Notes: generated from the letters alone by a model not told the origin. A DNA stretch of 55,673 bases from a virus (IMGVR_UViG_3300024265_000061:1-55673); one strand, 5' to 3'. Positions 28,258-38,030 are shown, counted from the first letter of the stretch. Made by a program: numbers and translations.

Positions 28258-29306
28258 AAATTGAAGAAATCCAAATGAGGCCGTTTGCATGTCACCAATC
28301 AAGCATATCCTGTGCTCACGGATGCGAGCGATGTTGGTTCTTTTCAGAGCGGTGGGGTGTTACATTACGGGGCGTCAAAGTAAAAGAAGGAGCAGAACTT
28401 GGCACGATTTATCACGAATTCCAAAAACTTGGGCCAGGAGAGGAGAATATAGAAAAAGTACATGCTTGGGTTCGAGGAATGCAGACTGACCTGATGGCTC
28501 AAGTTGAGAAGGGTGAAGATTTGGACGGTCAGATACTTCGGCTGGCCAATCTTCTCACAACACTCTACAACAAAGCTGAGGCGATGGCTAAAATCTTTTG
28601 GGAGCGGTATCCAACTCCAAGCTACCTCAAGACAATCGGAACCGAAATAAAACATTCAATGACGATTCAGGATGGGCCATTAGTGGGAATGGTGCTGGAA
28701 GGCATTATTGATAAGCTCATCCAAGATACTCGCAATGGCAACGTCTGGATTCGAGACCATAAAAGTACCGGAATGAAAACACTGGATGTTATCTTCGCTG
28801 GATTCCCTTGGTCGCCACAAGCCCGGATGTACCGAATCTTGGCCGAGGATTTTGTGAAAATACCTATTAAACTTCCCAAACCAATGCCTGTTGTGGGGTT
28901 TATTCTCGATGGGATTATGAAGCCGGGGATTAAGCTCTGTGGCAAGGACGAGAAGAACTCGAAGGTTTGGAACTGTTCTGTTGAAGATGCTTATCTCCGC
29001 AGGGTTAAAGAATGGTATGGTGAGAAAGATACCGATGCGATTAAGTCCAAGTCCATAATGTATAATGAGCCTTTGTACTCCGCTGAATTCGTGAAAGAAT
29101 TGGTATTTATGCAGAGACTTAGCAAGCGGCCTAATGTACCGGAGGTTTATGGCCGAGACCCGTCGAGATTTCATTGCTTCTTGTATGACTCACCGTGTAT
29201 ATATCTCGACCTGTGTGAGTCCCCAATGGCACGGTGGCCGGAACTGTTCGATACCAAATACCGCATAACAGAAAAAGAGGAAGAAAAATGCGAGAATACC
29301 GAATAG
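28254..29306 (+). CDS. PD-(D/E)xK (RecB/Cas4-like) exonuclease
   Basis: GTIYH..E..GIIDKL..DHKS..QARMY; C-terminal cysteines. Confidence 0.8.
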   Translation: MKIEEIQMRPFACHQSSISCAHGCERCWFFSERWGVTLRGVKVKEGAELGTIYHEFQKLGPGEENIEKVHAWVRGMQTDLMAQVEKGEDLDGQILRLANLLTTLYNKAEAMAKIFWERYPTPSYLKTIGTEIKHSMTIQDGPLVGMVLEGIIDKLIQDTRNGNVWIRDHKSTGMKTLDVIFAGFPWSPQARMYRILAEDFVKIPIKLPKPMPVVGFILDGIMKPGIKLCGKDEKNSKVWNCSVEDAYLRRVKEWYGEKDTDAIKSKSIMYNEPLYSAEFVKELVFMQRLSKRPNVPEVYGRDPSRFHCFLYDSPCIYLDLCESPMARWPELFDTKYRITEKEEEKCENTE

Positions 29307-29506
29307 TAACTAACGGACTAACCTACCGTATCCAGTGGCTTGGGAAAACATTTTTGCTACGGAGACCTAAATGGTATTATCTCCGAAAATATACTTACGC
29401 CGGGGATTATATTGAGGATTACACAACAGAAATGAACGCAAGAGCCAATCTTGCCCTCGCCGAGAAACACGACAAAGCACAGAAACAAGGTTTTTTACCT
29501 ATATAG
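29288..29506 (+). CDS. Hypothetical protein
   Basis: GAGG RBS; MREYRIV. Confidence 0.5.
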   Translation: MREYRIVTNGLTYRIQWLGKTFLLRRPKWYYLRKYTYAGDYIEDYTTEMNARANLALAEKHDKAQKQGFLPI

Positions 29507-29517
29507 AAAGGAAGAAA

Positions 29518-29823
29518 ATGAAAACAAATGAACTGGAGAATAGAATTGTTCAAATAGAATCCAGAGAAGAGATAAATGCAAAAACCATCTCTGGAATGAT
29601 TAGCAGATTAGAATTTCAAATGCAGTGTAGTGTAAAAGATGGTCATCATTTTACTTTATCTTGGGAACGATACGGTAATTTCCATTTCCGTTGTATCAAC
29701 TGTGATTTGGAATATTCTAAGACAAAAGAAAACCTCACCGAAAAAGAAAAGAAATTAGTAGAAGCCGTGTTGTCAAATCAAAATGGAAAGGTAGAAAATG
29801 AAGATACTGAAATTTGTAGCTGA
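29518..29823 (+). CDS. Hypothetical protein
   Basis: GAAAGG RBS, 101 aa. Confidence 0.55.
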   Translation: MKTNELENRIVQIESREEINAKTISGMISRLEFQMQCSVKDGHHFTLSWERYGNFHFRCINCDLEYSKTKENLTEKEKKLVEAVLSNQNGKVENEDTEICS

Positions 29824-29894
29824 GAATTTTAAGAAGTTATCCGCTGTCGAGATTACGCCAGATGGGAATGTAGAAGTAGAGGATTAATATCTTT

Positions 29895-30113
29895 ATGGGA
29901 CAACACCTTTTAATAGATTGTAAGGAATGTGGAACTCCTTGTGGTAATCCGGGACATCCTATTTTGCCCTGTGATTTTTGCGATAATATGGCTTGTGAGT
30001 TTTGTTTTAGAGAGATATGGAAAGAATGTCCGGAATGTGGACGAAGGGGTTGTAGAAAACATTTCGATGGGATGTATTGTAAGGAGTGTGTCAATGAAAA
30101 AGAAACAAACTAA
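29895..30113 (+). CDS. Zn-finger small protein
   Basis: Multiple CxxC motifs. Confidence 0.55.
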   Translation: MGQHLLIDCKECGTPCGNPGHPILPCDFCDNMACEFCFREIWKECPECGRRGCRKHFDGMYCKECVNEKETN

Positions 30114-30312
30114 GCATTTTGTTCCAGATGAAGACTCCTATAATGATAATCGAGGTTCCGCCCTCACCCTTATTGGCATCCCTGCTTGTAAGTGTTATCG
30201 AGATTTTAATGGGGCTTCTCTTAAAGCCTTTAGAAAGGAAACTGCCAAAACAAGGCGGGGTATTACCTGTGGGAACTGCCAAAGAACACGAGTATTTAGG
30301 AAGCTGAAATGA
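30094..30312 (+). CDS. Hypothetical protein
   Basis: AAGGAG RBS; ITCGNC. Confidence 0.5.
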   Translation: MKKKQTKHFVPDEDSYNDNRGSALTLIGIPACKCYRDFNGASLKAFRKETAKTRRGITCGNCQRTRVFRKLK

Positions 30313-30530
30313 AGATTAACCGTAAAGTATGTTGGATGATTACGCTCGGATTTCACTGGTGGAAACACTACCCCGGTGAGAAGCGATATGTGCGGTGTTG
30401 TCTGTGTGGACGACTGCCGAAAAGTATGTGGAATACCCTCCGCAAGTTGAAAAACATAACGAAAGACTGGGGGTTGGCATGTGTAGAAGATATATGTATA
30501 GCAATTCCATTTGAAAGGGCGAAGAAATGA
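30309..30530 (+). CDS. Hypothetical protein
   Basis: ATGA overlaps with both neighbours. Confidence 0.45.
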   Translation: MKINRKVCWMITLGFHWWKHYPGEKRYVRCCLCGRLPKSMWNTLRKLKNITKDWGLACVEDICIAIPFERAKK

Positions 30531-31009
30531 GAAGAAAAATCTTAGTAACATTCACAATAACATTGTTGGTATCGGTAGGTGGCTTGTTCGTAACAAGCTG
30601 TGCCCTTACTCGGAACGAAGATGGTAGTACGAGCATACGCCTCACACCAAAGACACATAAGACCATTGGAGATATTGGCAAAGGTGGAGTCGATTTACTC
30701 AGTATATTGAGTCTATTTATTCCTGCATTGGCTCCAATAACAGCAGCGGCGGGGGCCAGTGTTGTAACTTGGAACCGTATGGGTAAGAAAGTCACCAAGT
30801 ATAGAACCCCATTGGAACATACTGTGGCCGTACTTGAAATGCTTAAGAAAGATGAAACGTTGTGGGCAAAAGTTAAACCTTATCTTAAAGGAGATACGGT
30901 TACTATTCCAACAAAAACCGGGGAAACGATCATTACGTTACGGAAACCCTCTGCCAAGACCGAGGCTACTATTAGAGAAGCCATCGACAAGAAAATGGGG
31001 GCAGCATAA
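30527..31009 (+). CDS. Membrane / lipoprotein-like protein
   Basis: Signal-like N-terminus ending VTSC; second hydrophobic segment. Confidence 0.55.
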   Translation: MRRKILVTFTITLLVSVGGLFVTSCALTRNEDGSTSIRLTPKTHKTIGDIGKGGVDLLSILSLFIPALAPITAAAGASVVTWNRMGKKVTKYRTPLEHTVAVLEMLKKDETLWAKVKPYLKGDTVTIPTKTGETIITLRKPSAKTEATIREAIDKKMGAA

Positions 31010-31968
31010 TGACCTCAGAACAAACTAAAAATATACAGCAGGCAGTTCAAAGAGCAAAAGTGAAACCTTCGCAGGTTATATCGAAACCCCCTGCGGTGGG
31101 GAACATTGTGCTGCCTGCAACTCCCAACACTGTGCCGAAGATTCCCGCTGATTGGGCTAAACTTGGAGTCGAGGCTGGATACAATCCCAAGAAGCCTGAG
31201 GATTTGAATCTGTGGATTGTCGGCCCAAGTGGTGAAGGTAAGACCACTTTTGATTCAAGTATTCCTGACCACTTGATTTTAGATTTTGACAAGTCGGCAG
31301 AGAGTATCATAGGGTCAAGGGCAAAGAGAGTTCCTATCCTAAACTATGAACATTATATGAAGATTACCCAAAAGCTCATTGATGAAGGTATAGCCGGTAA
31401 GCATGTGTGGCATCGAGTATCTTTTGACACTGTAGATGAGTGGGTAGGGATGATTATAAACCAGTTACAAAAAGAAAAAGATGTCGAGGATATTACAGAT
31501 TTTGGTTCTCATGGGCGTGGATGGGCAATGATTATTAAAAGGTGCTGGTCAAGATTGCGAGAATTGGAACATGCTGGTTATGTGTGGTCTTGTGTTGGAC
31601 ACATGATTATCAAGACTGAGACTAATCCTGCTACCCACAAAGAACGGACTATTGTACGAGATTCGGTATTTCCAACAATGTCTGCTCAGATTGTCAATAG
31701 TAGTGATTTCAAATTGACTATTTATTACCTTAGTACGACAGTTAAGAAATCCGTCGTGAAAAAACTTCCCAGTGGTCAAATCATCAAGCAAACAGAAGAG
31801 TCGATTGTTCCCACATATTATCTTAATTCTATTACAACAGAAGAGCGGCAAGGGAAAAGTAGAGGTGCTCCTGGAATGAACCGTAAATTTGAAATCCCAC
31901 ACCTCAACGCTTGGGATATATTTGTTAGAAATTACAATACCGCCATTGAAGCGGCAAAGAAACAATAA
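31009..31968 (+). CDS. Sak4-like AAA ATPase (AAA_24) recombinase
   Basis: GPSGEGKTT, LILDFD, VSFDTVD, GRGW, VGH; located between exonuclease and SSB. Confidence 0.75.
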   Translation: MTSEQTKNIQQAVQRAKVKPSQVISKPPAVGNIVLPATPNTVPKIPADWAKLGVEAGYNPKKPEDLNLWIVGPSGEGKTTFDSSIPDHLILDFDKSAESIIGSRAKRVPILNYEHYMKITQKLIDEGIAGKHVWHRVSFDTVDEWVGMIINQLQKEKDVEDITDFGSHGRGWAMIIKRCWSRLRELEHAGYVWSCVGHMIIKTETNPATHKERTIVRDSVFPTMSAQIVNSSDFKLTIYYLSTTVKKSVVKKLPSGQIIKQTEESIVPTYYLNSITTEERQGKSRGAPGMNRKFEIPHLNAWDIFVRNYNTAIEAAKKQ

Positions 31969-31991
31969 TATTATTTTTTAGGAGACACATT

Positions 31992-32555
31992 ATGGACTTA
32001 AATTTTGAGCAAATGCTCGCAACGCACAACCAGGAGTTTAAGGAAGCAGAGGTTTTCGATAATTGGATGCCTCCGGTCGGTTTGTATGTTATTTCAGTTG
32101 ACAAATTCAGTTGCGGACAAGGGTCAAAGAATGACCCTGATTTCGGGTGGTGGAAACTCACCTGTAAAATCGAAGTAGAAAGTAGTCCCACCGTGGACGA
32201 AAAACTTGGCGGAAAAACATTCACGGTATTCTACTCTACAAAAGCCCCTGGAATCTTCAAAGGAGCAGCAAGGATTCTATCCGGGAATGGTTCTTTGAAC
32301 GACCTCACTGAGGCCCATGAAGTAATTGAAAACTCTCCGGGATTAGTAGCCAATGTGGAAATTCTTATAACAACTGCTAAAAACGGCAAGGATTATAAGA
32401 ATTGCTATTTCCGGGAAGTCATCAACACGACCGCAGAACCTGTGTCCGATACCGCCCAGGCTCCAATTGAAGAAGCCCAAGCTGTAGCCCAAGAAGCAGT
32501 TGAAGTCTCGGCTGAAATACCAACAACAGTTCCAGACGATGACATCCCGTTTTAA
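31992..32555 (+). CDS. ssb: Single-stranded DNA-binding protein
   Basis: Follows the Sak4-like gene; acidic tail ending DDDIPF. Confidence 0.65.
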   Translation: MDLNFEQMLATHNQEFKEAEVFDNWMPPVGLYVISVDKFSCGQGSKNDPDFGWWKLTCKIEVESSPTVDEKLGGKTFTVFYSTKAPGIFKGAARILSGNGSLNDLTEAHEVIENSPGLVANVEILITTAKNGKDYKNCYFREVINTTAEPVSDTAQAPIEEAQAVAQEAVEVSAEIPTTVPDDDIPF

Positions 32556-32586
32556 GAAAGACTCTATCCTATTGAGTTAGGGGTTA

Positions 32587-32652
32587 AGGATAGTGTGGTA
32601 GCGGGCGTAGCTCGTGATAGGGCATTAAGCAGGTTCGAGTCCTGCCTATCCT
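32587..32652 (+). ncRNA. tRNA-like element (degenerate D and anticodon arms)
   Basis: Acceptor AGGATAG/CTATCCT and perfect T-arm GCAGG-TTCGAGT-CCTGC; only 66 nt, no canonical D arm, no CCA. Confidence 0.45.
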
Positions 32653-32866
32653 TTGAGCGAAATAGCTCACGAAGACTACCAGGACGCCGGTGGGTTGCAA
32701 TTGGTCGCATGGGTGGAATTAGATGCCACCAACAGGCGTGACCAGCCCGGGAGAGAAGCGGGCATTATTATTGACAAGGGAATAATGCTGGCGACGGCTT
32801 GTAAAAAGTGGGTCTTACCGATATTAAACGTATCCGGCTCGCCAGTATTTTCAGGAATTATAAATT

Positions 32867-33304
32867 ATGAAACCAGTAATCATACCAGTGTCGATTTGTC
32901 CTCATTTCTCGCAGGGTAAGGCGAGGGGGCATTACATATTGGCCAAGAAGCTGTTCACTCAGGATCAGCCGATTTTGGTGGGGCGGCAGTTCGTGGGATT
33001 CAATGGGTTTTTGTTCGTGACAGTCGTGCATCCTAATTGGTGGGATACAGTTTTCAAAATTGCCAAGCATATTAGCCAGATGGACGACCAGTCGATTATA
33101 TGGCTCGGGGCGGTTCCCCTTTATGGATTGCCCAAAGGATTCAAAATTTATCTCCCTGAGACTATTCTTAAGGCAAAGAAGCCTGGGCGAGTCGAAGGGA
33201 TTGGAATCTTCAGGAAATACGAGGCTCCTGGATTTAACTGTTACTATCTTGAGATTCCTAAGCTCACTGCGGAGGTTTTGTTAGGTGAGAAAGAACTAAA
33301 ATGA
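32867..33304 (+). CDS. Hypothetical protein
   Basis: 145-aa ORF. Confidence 0.55.
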   Translation: MKPVIIPVSICPHFSQGKARGHYILAKKLFTQDQPILVGRQFVGFNGFLFVTVVHPNWWDTVFKIAKHISQMDDQSIIWLGAVPLYGLPKGFKIYLPETILKAKKPGRVEGIGIFRKYEAPGFNCYYLEIPKLTAEVLLGEKELK

Positions 33305-33320
33305 AAGAAGGAGATTAAAG

Positions 33321-34046
33321 ATGGGTAAACGATTAACAGAAGTACGAAGAAGAAGAGTATTGGGTGTTCCCAGTAATAATTGGGTGGTGGATATTTTGGG
33401 AAACAGAGTCGCCAGAAATGGTTATGTTCAACCGGATGGAACCGTTGGGGAGATTTATGAGTATAAGGAAAGAAAAGATGCTGAGGATGCAGAGGCGTTG
33501 TATCTTACGAAAAATATGGGGAAACATAATGGAATAGAAACCTCCGCAGGACGCGATTGTCGAGATTGTACCTATTATCGTCTTGGCTCTTCTCTACATA
33601 TAAATCATTGTAGGCAGGGGGAACATTATTGTGCAAGTGGGGCAGAAAAAACAGGGTGTTCTGATTTTAAGCCAAAAACCCCCACAGGGGAGATTCGGAA
33701 ATTTGAGACTGGGGCCACGAGGGATACGGTGGAGGGTAAACTCAGTTATGTGAAAGCCCTGTCTCCTATTGTATTGCAACGATATGTGCAATATTTAGAC
33801 GCTCATCGAAAGCAACCAGATGGTTCTATGCGGGGTTTCGATAATTGGAAAAAAGGAATCCCGGAAGAAACATATCTCGATGGATTGGGGAGACATTTTG
33901 TAGCTGTTTGGTTGTTGGCTCAAGGATTCCCTGCGAAGGATAATCACGGGCCGGTTACTTTAGAGGATACGCTGTGTGCTCTAATCTTTGGTGCTTCTGG
34001 TTGGTTACATGAGATATTGAAAGGAGATAATCATCTGGCAGGATAA
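33321..34046 (+). CDS. DUF5664-like dATP/dGTP diphosphohydrolase domain protein with N-terminal extension
   Basis: RKFETGATRD..GKLSY..NWKKGIP..LGRH motifs. Confidence 0.7.
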   Translation: MGKRLTEVRRRRVLGVPSNNWVVDILGNRVARNGYVQPDGTVGEIYEYKERKDAEDAEALYLTKNMGKHNGIETSAGRDCRDCTYYRLGSSLHINHCRQGEHYCASGAEKTGCSDFKPKTPTGEIRKFETGATRDTVEGKLSYVKALSPIVLQRYVQYLDAHRKQPDGSMRGFDNWKKGIPEETYLDGLGRHFVAVWLLAQGFPAKDNHGPVTLEDTLCALIFGASGWLHEILKGDNHLAG

Positions 34047-34302
34047 GATTAATGGATTGTTTGAGCTTTTGGGGGGTTTATTTATCACGCTCAGTTGTTT
34101 CAAGCTGTACCGAGATAAGAAGGTTCGAGGGGTGAGCTTTATACACATAGCTTATTTTACACTCTGGGGCTATTGGAATATCGAATACTATTCTAATCTT
34201 GGACAGTGGATGAGTTTTGCCGGGAGTTTAGCCGTGACAGGAATAAACACAGTGTGGTTGGGAATGTTGTTTTACTATATACGAAAGGAACGTAATGGCT
34301 GA
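34033..34302 (+). CDS. PQ-loop / SemiSWEET-like three-helix membrane protein (start uncertain)
   Basis: KLYRDKKVRGVS between hydrophobic helices; RBS GAAAGGAG at 34019-34026. Confidence 0.55.
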   Translation: MWQDKINGLFELLGGLFITLSCFKLYRDKKVRGVSFIHIAYFTLWGYWNIEYYSNLGQWMSFAGSLAVTGINTVWLGMLFYYIRKERNG

Positions 34303-34870
34303 GAAGGTACTACATATTGCGACCTTTACTGGGAAGGTTTTCGATTTGCTGAATCCGAAGCCGGAGATGGTGTGTATAGAAGATATTGCTCATTCACTGG
34401 CCTATCAGTGTAGGTACACTGGGCACACCAAAATATTCTATTCAGTCGCTCAACATTGTGTATTGATGGCAGAGAATCCTGATTTTCCTGGTGATCCTAT
34501 GAAAAAACTGCTCCATGATGCCGATGAAACGTATCTTGGGGACATAGCAAAACCTTGGAAAGACCTTCTTCGAGTACAAAAGGGTTATGGTGTGGGCAGT
34601 AGAATAGAGGGTGTTGGAAAGACTGAGCAAGCAGTTCAGACGGTAATTGGAGAAGCATTAGGAGTAGATTTGAGCTTCTCTGAGGATGTTAAAGAGAGTG
34701 ATATTAGGATGGCAGCAACTGAGATTCGAGATGTGATGACAGAAATGGATGCTACTTTTCTATGGGGATATGATCTTGGCGACGAGGCACAAGAACGAAT
34801 AATTTCTTGGAGTCCTGAGATTGCGGAGGTACGATTCTTGAAAACATATAATAACTTAAAAAAAGGATAA
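34295..34870 (+). CDS. HD-domain phosphohydrolase (YfdR / 5'-deoxynucleotidase-like)
   Basis: IEDIAHSL..CRYTGH..YSVAQH..LLHDADETYLGD. Confidence 0.85.
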   Translation: MAEKVLHIATFTGKVFDLLNPKPEMVCIEDIAHSLAYQCRYTGHTKIFYSVAQHCVLMAENPDFPGDPMKKLLHDADETYLGDIAKPWKDLLRVQKGYGVGSRIEGVGKTEQAVQTVIGEALGVDLSFSEDVKESDIRMAATEIRDVMTEMDATFLWGYDLGDEAQERIISWSPEIAEVRFLKTYNNLKKG

Positions 34871-34874
34871 AAAT

Positions 34875-35783
34875 ATGAGGTTGTTAGATATTGAAATACA
34901 ATGCGATGGGCGTAGTGATAGAGTGGAGATTTTTCCGTTATGGGATATACATATTGGGAAACATAACTGCAACGAATCGGCTTTGAAAAAAGAGGTTTCC
35001 GAAATCGTAAAACGAGATGCGATGCCGGGGCGTCATGTTCGGGTTTTACTTGGAGGGGATGTTTTGAATGCCGTCAATCCTAAAGATATAAAGAGGTTTG
35101 ATTTCTCAGATGTGGCAGAATGGCTTTTGTCTGGGAGAGTGGCTGATATAAAAGATAAACTGTCCAATATGACAACACAGGAGGTTAAGAGAGCCGTAGG
35201 AATCCTTAAACCAATAAAACATCTGATTGTTGGAGCACTTGAGGGGAATCACGAGAAAGTAATTCGCAAGAGAGTTAATCAAGATATTCAAATGGCATTA
35301 TGTGAGAAACTTGAGATTCCTAATTTGTCGGACGAGGTTCTGTTGCGGTTTAGATTCAGGCGGGGTGGTCGGACGGGATCATCTATTGTTGTGGTTGCTC
35401 GGCATGGATATGGAGGAGGCCGGAGTGCGGGGGCCGAGCCAATGAAATTAAAAGCTATGCTGGATGAATGGGTATGTGCGGATGTTTGCATCAGTGGACA
35501 TACGCATACTTTCTGTAATCTACCCCCACAGCCAATGGCATGGTTGCCCACACGAGGAAAGATGCCAGTAGATTTATTGTGGAAACATCGTTTCGCTCTT
35601 AATCCGGGATGCTGGCTCGATAGTCATTCCGTTGGCAGGGGGACTTATGAATCCAATAACTGCTATCCGGCCAGAGCGTTTATGACAGCTAAGATTGTAG
35701 TATGGCCTTTTTATGATCAATATGTAGGGGGCCGGGAATATGTATCCCCCAAAATCGAAATACGAAGCTATCCGATTCTTTAG
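34875..35783 (+). CDS. Calcineurin-like metallophosphoesterase
   Basis: DIHIG, GGD, GNHE, HG, GHTH motifs. Confidence 0.85.
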   Translation: MRLLDIEIQCDGRSDRVEIFPLWDIHIGKHNCNESALKKEVSEIVKRDAMPGRHVRVLLGGDVLNAVNPKDIKRFDFSDVAEWLLSGRVADIKDKLSNMTTQEVKRAVGILKPIKHLIVGALEGNHEKVIRKRVNQDIQMALCEKLEIPNLSDEVLLRFRFRRGGRTGSSIVVVARHGYGGGRSAGAEPMKLKAMLDEWVCADVCISGHTHTFCNLPPQPMAWLPTRGKMPVDLLWKHRFALNPGCWLDSHSVGRGTYESNNCYPARAFMTAKIVVWPFYDQYVGGREYVSPKIEIRSYPIL

Positions 35784-35794
35784 AAAGGAAAATT

Positions 35795-36022
35795 ATGAAT
35801 GTAAGTAAAATTCAAATGCTTAGTGAAGAACACGCAGAGTTAAAGATTTTTCACGATAGTTGTTGTTATGAGGTTGCACAACTTACCGTTGATGGGGGCG
35901 GTGTACCTTCTGCGTCCTTATCAAGTCGCACAACCCACCGAATCATTATAATGGTACGGAAAGCTCTTTTTGAACAACTTGGTAAAATAGAAGCGGAAAT
36001 CAAAAGAGAAACTACAGTATAA
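35795..36022 (+). CDS. Hypothetical protein
   Basis: GAAAGG RBS. Confidence 0.5.
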   Translation: MNVSKIQMLSEEHAELKIFHDSCCYEVAQLTVDGGGVPSASLSSRTTHRIIIMVRKALFEQLGKIEAEIKRETTV

Positions 36023-36035
36023 TTGGGGTTTAGCG

Positions 36036-36203
36036 ATGGGAATTAAAGGCAGTTGGAGACGACCGAGGCAGATTACCCAAGAGGAGGAATCTCTGCGTTG
36101 GATGCTTATTGATGGACAGATTTCCTTGGCTACTTACAAGCGGAGATTTGCCAAGCTCAAGCGGCAAGGATTGATTCAACGGAATGGGCGGGTTTTGAAA
36201 TGA
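36036..36203 (+). CDS. Small basic protein
   Basis: 55 aa, MGIKGSWRRPRQ; ATGA overlap with the next gene. Confidence 0.45.
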   Translation: MGIKGSWRRPRQITQEEESLRWMLIDGQISLATYKRRFAKLKRQGLIQRNGRVLK

Positions 36204-36673
36204 AACGCATAGAATTGACGCAGGGACAGATTGCTTTAGTTGATGACACTGACTACGATTGGCTGAACCAATACAAGTGGTGTGCTTATAAACCTCCGAC
36301 TGGGGGCTTTTATGCTAAAAGGGAAGAATCTGGACGGACGATCCTTATGCACCGTCAAATCCTGGGATTAGAAAAAGGAGACAAACGACAGGGCGACCAC
36401 CAAAATCACAACACTTTGGATAACAGGCGAGAAAACATTCGGATTTGCTCTTGTCAACAAAACCAAAGGAATCGGAAACCCAGACTAAATATATCCAGCG
36501 TTTATAAAGGAGTTTCTTGGTATAAGCGTTGCAAAAAATGGCAAGCCCATATACAAATGAATAAGAAAAGAAAACATTTAGGCTATTTCAAACGAGAAAG
36601 GGAGGCTGCTTTTGCTTACAACGAAGTAGCGAGGAATCTCTTTGGAGAGTTTGCATGGCTAAATCCAGTATAA
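36200..36673 (+). CDS. HNH-AP2 homing endonuclease
   Basis: IELTQGQIALVD..MHRQIL..DHQNHNTLDNRRENIR..YKGVSW..HLGYF..EAAFAYN. Confidence 0.9.
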   Translation: MKRIELTQGQIALVDDTDYDWLNQYKWCAYKPPTGGFYAKREESGRTILMHRQILGLEKGDKRQGDHQNHNTLDNRRENIRICSCQQNQRNRKPRLNISSVYKGVSWYKRCKKWQAHIQMNKKRKHLGYFKREREAAFAYNEVARNLFGEFAWLNPV

Positions 36674-36869
36674 ATTTTGCGTATTGAATTTACGCAGTAT
36701 CCCGAGCGAATGGTAGAGTCCGATAATCCTTCTTGTCCGATAGTACTCCCGCCCCCCCAGTGGCGTCCGATAACTTTTGGGCACTATCGGGAAAAATGCC
36801 ATTATCATTATACCACACAAGTAAAGGATAGTCAAGGGAAAAATATTTTGGTTTTTCGGGATTTTTAGC

Positions 36870-36898
36870 TTGCATTTTGCTTGTTAGTGTGCTATAGT
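36870..36898 (+). promoter_or_regulatory. sigma70-like promoter (TATAGT class)
   Basis: TTGCAT-N17-TATAGT followed by TTATAT. Confidence 0.55.
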
Positions 36899-37188
36899 TT
36901 ATATATGCAAAACAGGATATTTATTTGGAGGATTGAAAAATGAAAAAATTAGCGGAGTATTTGGCAAGAGGTTTGCAGGTTCAATTAGACAGGGCAGGCA
37001 AGCATATCGAATTGGTTACACTTGAGGCTTGGGTATTAACAATGCTGCGGAGGCTGATATGATATTTGCACACAACAAACCAAACAGGATTAAGGCATTT
37101 TGTGATTATTGGCGGTTCCGTTTACGGTTCAAACTATACAAGTACCCAGTAGTTTATATACAATAAGACATTTTCCTCCTCCCCCTCA

Positions 37189-37224
37189 AGGCCCGGTGGT
37201 GTATGCTGCTGGGCCTGTTTTTTT
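37189..37224 (+). terminator. Rho-independent terminator
   Basis: AGGCCCGGTGG / CTGCTGGGCCT stem followed by GTTTTTTT. Confidence 0.7.
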
Positions 37225-37368
37225 GACAGCTTTGGTTGGGGATGGATTGTAGTGGTTAGCTGTTTTGTGCAGGATATAATTATTCTACATCCTCCGCAGG
37301 TTATAAGATGGTTTTACGAGTAGTGGGGGAGAAATTGCAGATATTTTCTAAAGTTTATCATTTTGCAC

Positions 37369-37397
37369 TTGCGTAGTGAGGGGGAATAGTGTATAGT
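37369..37397 (+). promoter_or_regulatory. sigma70-like promoter (TATAGT class)
   Basis: TTGCGT-N17-TATAGT followed by TTATAT, as at 36870. Confidence 0.55.
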
Positions 37398-37555
37398 TTA
37401 TATAGTGAAACGAGTTTTTCAGGTTTTTTTGTGAGGAGGTGGAGAAATGTTTTATACAAAAGAGCAGATAAAAGACAGAGTAAAACAAGCAATTCGTGTA
37501 ATTTGGTTAGCAGTAGCATCATATATTGCCTTGTGCTAATTGCGGAGGAGTTAAA

Positions 37556-37888
37556 ATGAAAGAATATCCTAAACATTGTATCGATTGTCGGAATAAAGAA
37601 AAATGTCAACAAAAGTATCATATGCTGGCAGATACAGAACCAGTTATCGGTTATGCTAATTTTGATGCCGCTGATCTTGTTTGTGAAAATTGTTTGGATA
37701 TACAGGATCATTTTCAAGTCTTGGACAATCCCGAAGTTGATAGTCCTATTCACTGTGCTATTTGTGGTATTCCGTTAGAATGTCAATTAACAACAGACGG
37801 TATTGATTATGTGAAAGAAACTATTGAGGCCGAGGACGATTGTTGCCGGGAATTATGGCCGGTATTATTTGCAGGGGCTCTCGAATGA
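37556..37888 (+). CDS. Cys-rich hypothetical protein
   Basis: GGAGGAG RBS; CxxC motifs. Confidence 0.6.
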   Translation: MKEYPKHCIDCRNKEKCQQKYHMLADTEPVIGYANFDAADLVCENCLDIQDHFQVLDNPEVDSPIHCAICGIPLECQLTTDGIDYVKETIEAEDDCCRELWPVLFAGALE

Positions 37889-38030
37889 AATTGACGAAAA
37901 ACGATCTTGACAGAATGGCAAAGAGAATATCGGATAATCTGCTGGCAACGGCGGGATTAGCTAATGCCAAGAGGATTGTTGTTCAGGTTAAGAAAAATTT
38001 AATGGCTGAGGCCAAGAGGAGGAAAAACTT

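Noticed and set aside
28254-29306. Cas4 as part of a CRISPR system
   Set aside because: Context (Sak4-like ATPase, SSB) indicates an ordinary phage recombination exonuclease.
32587-32652. Functional tRNA-Ile(GAT)
   Set aside because: Too short, no proper D arm, irregular anticodon loop; kept only as a tRNA-like element.
33321-34870. Z-genome (2-aminoadenine) pathway
   Set aside because: No PurZ / adenylosuccinate-synthetase-like ORF was recognised.
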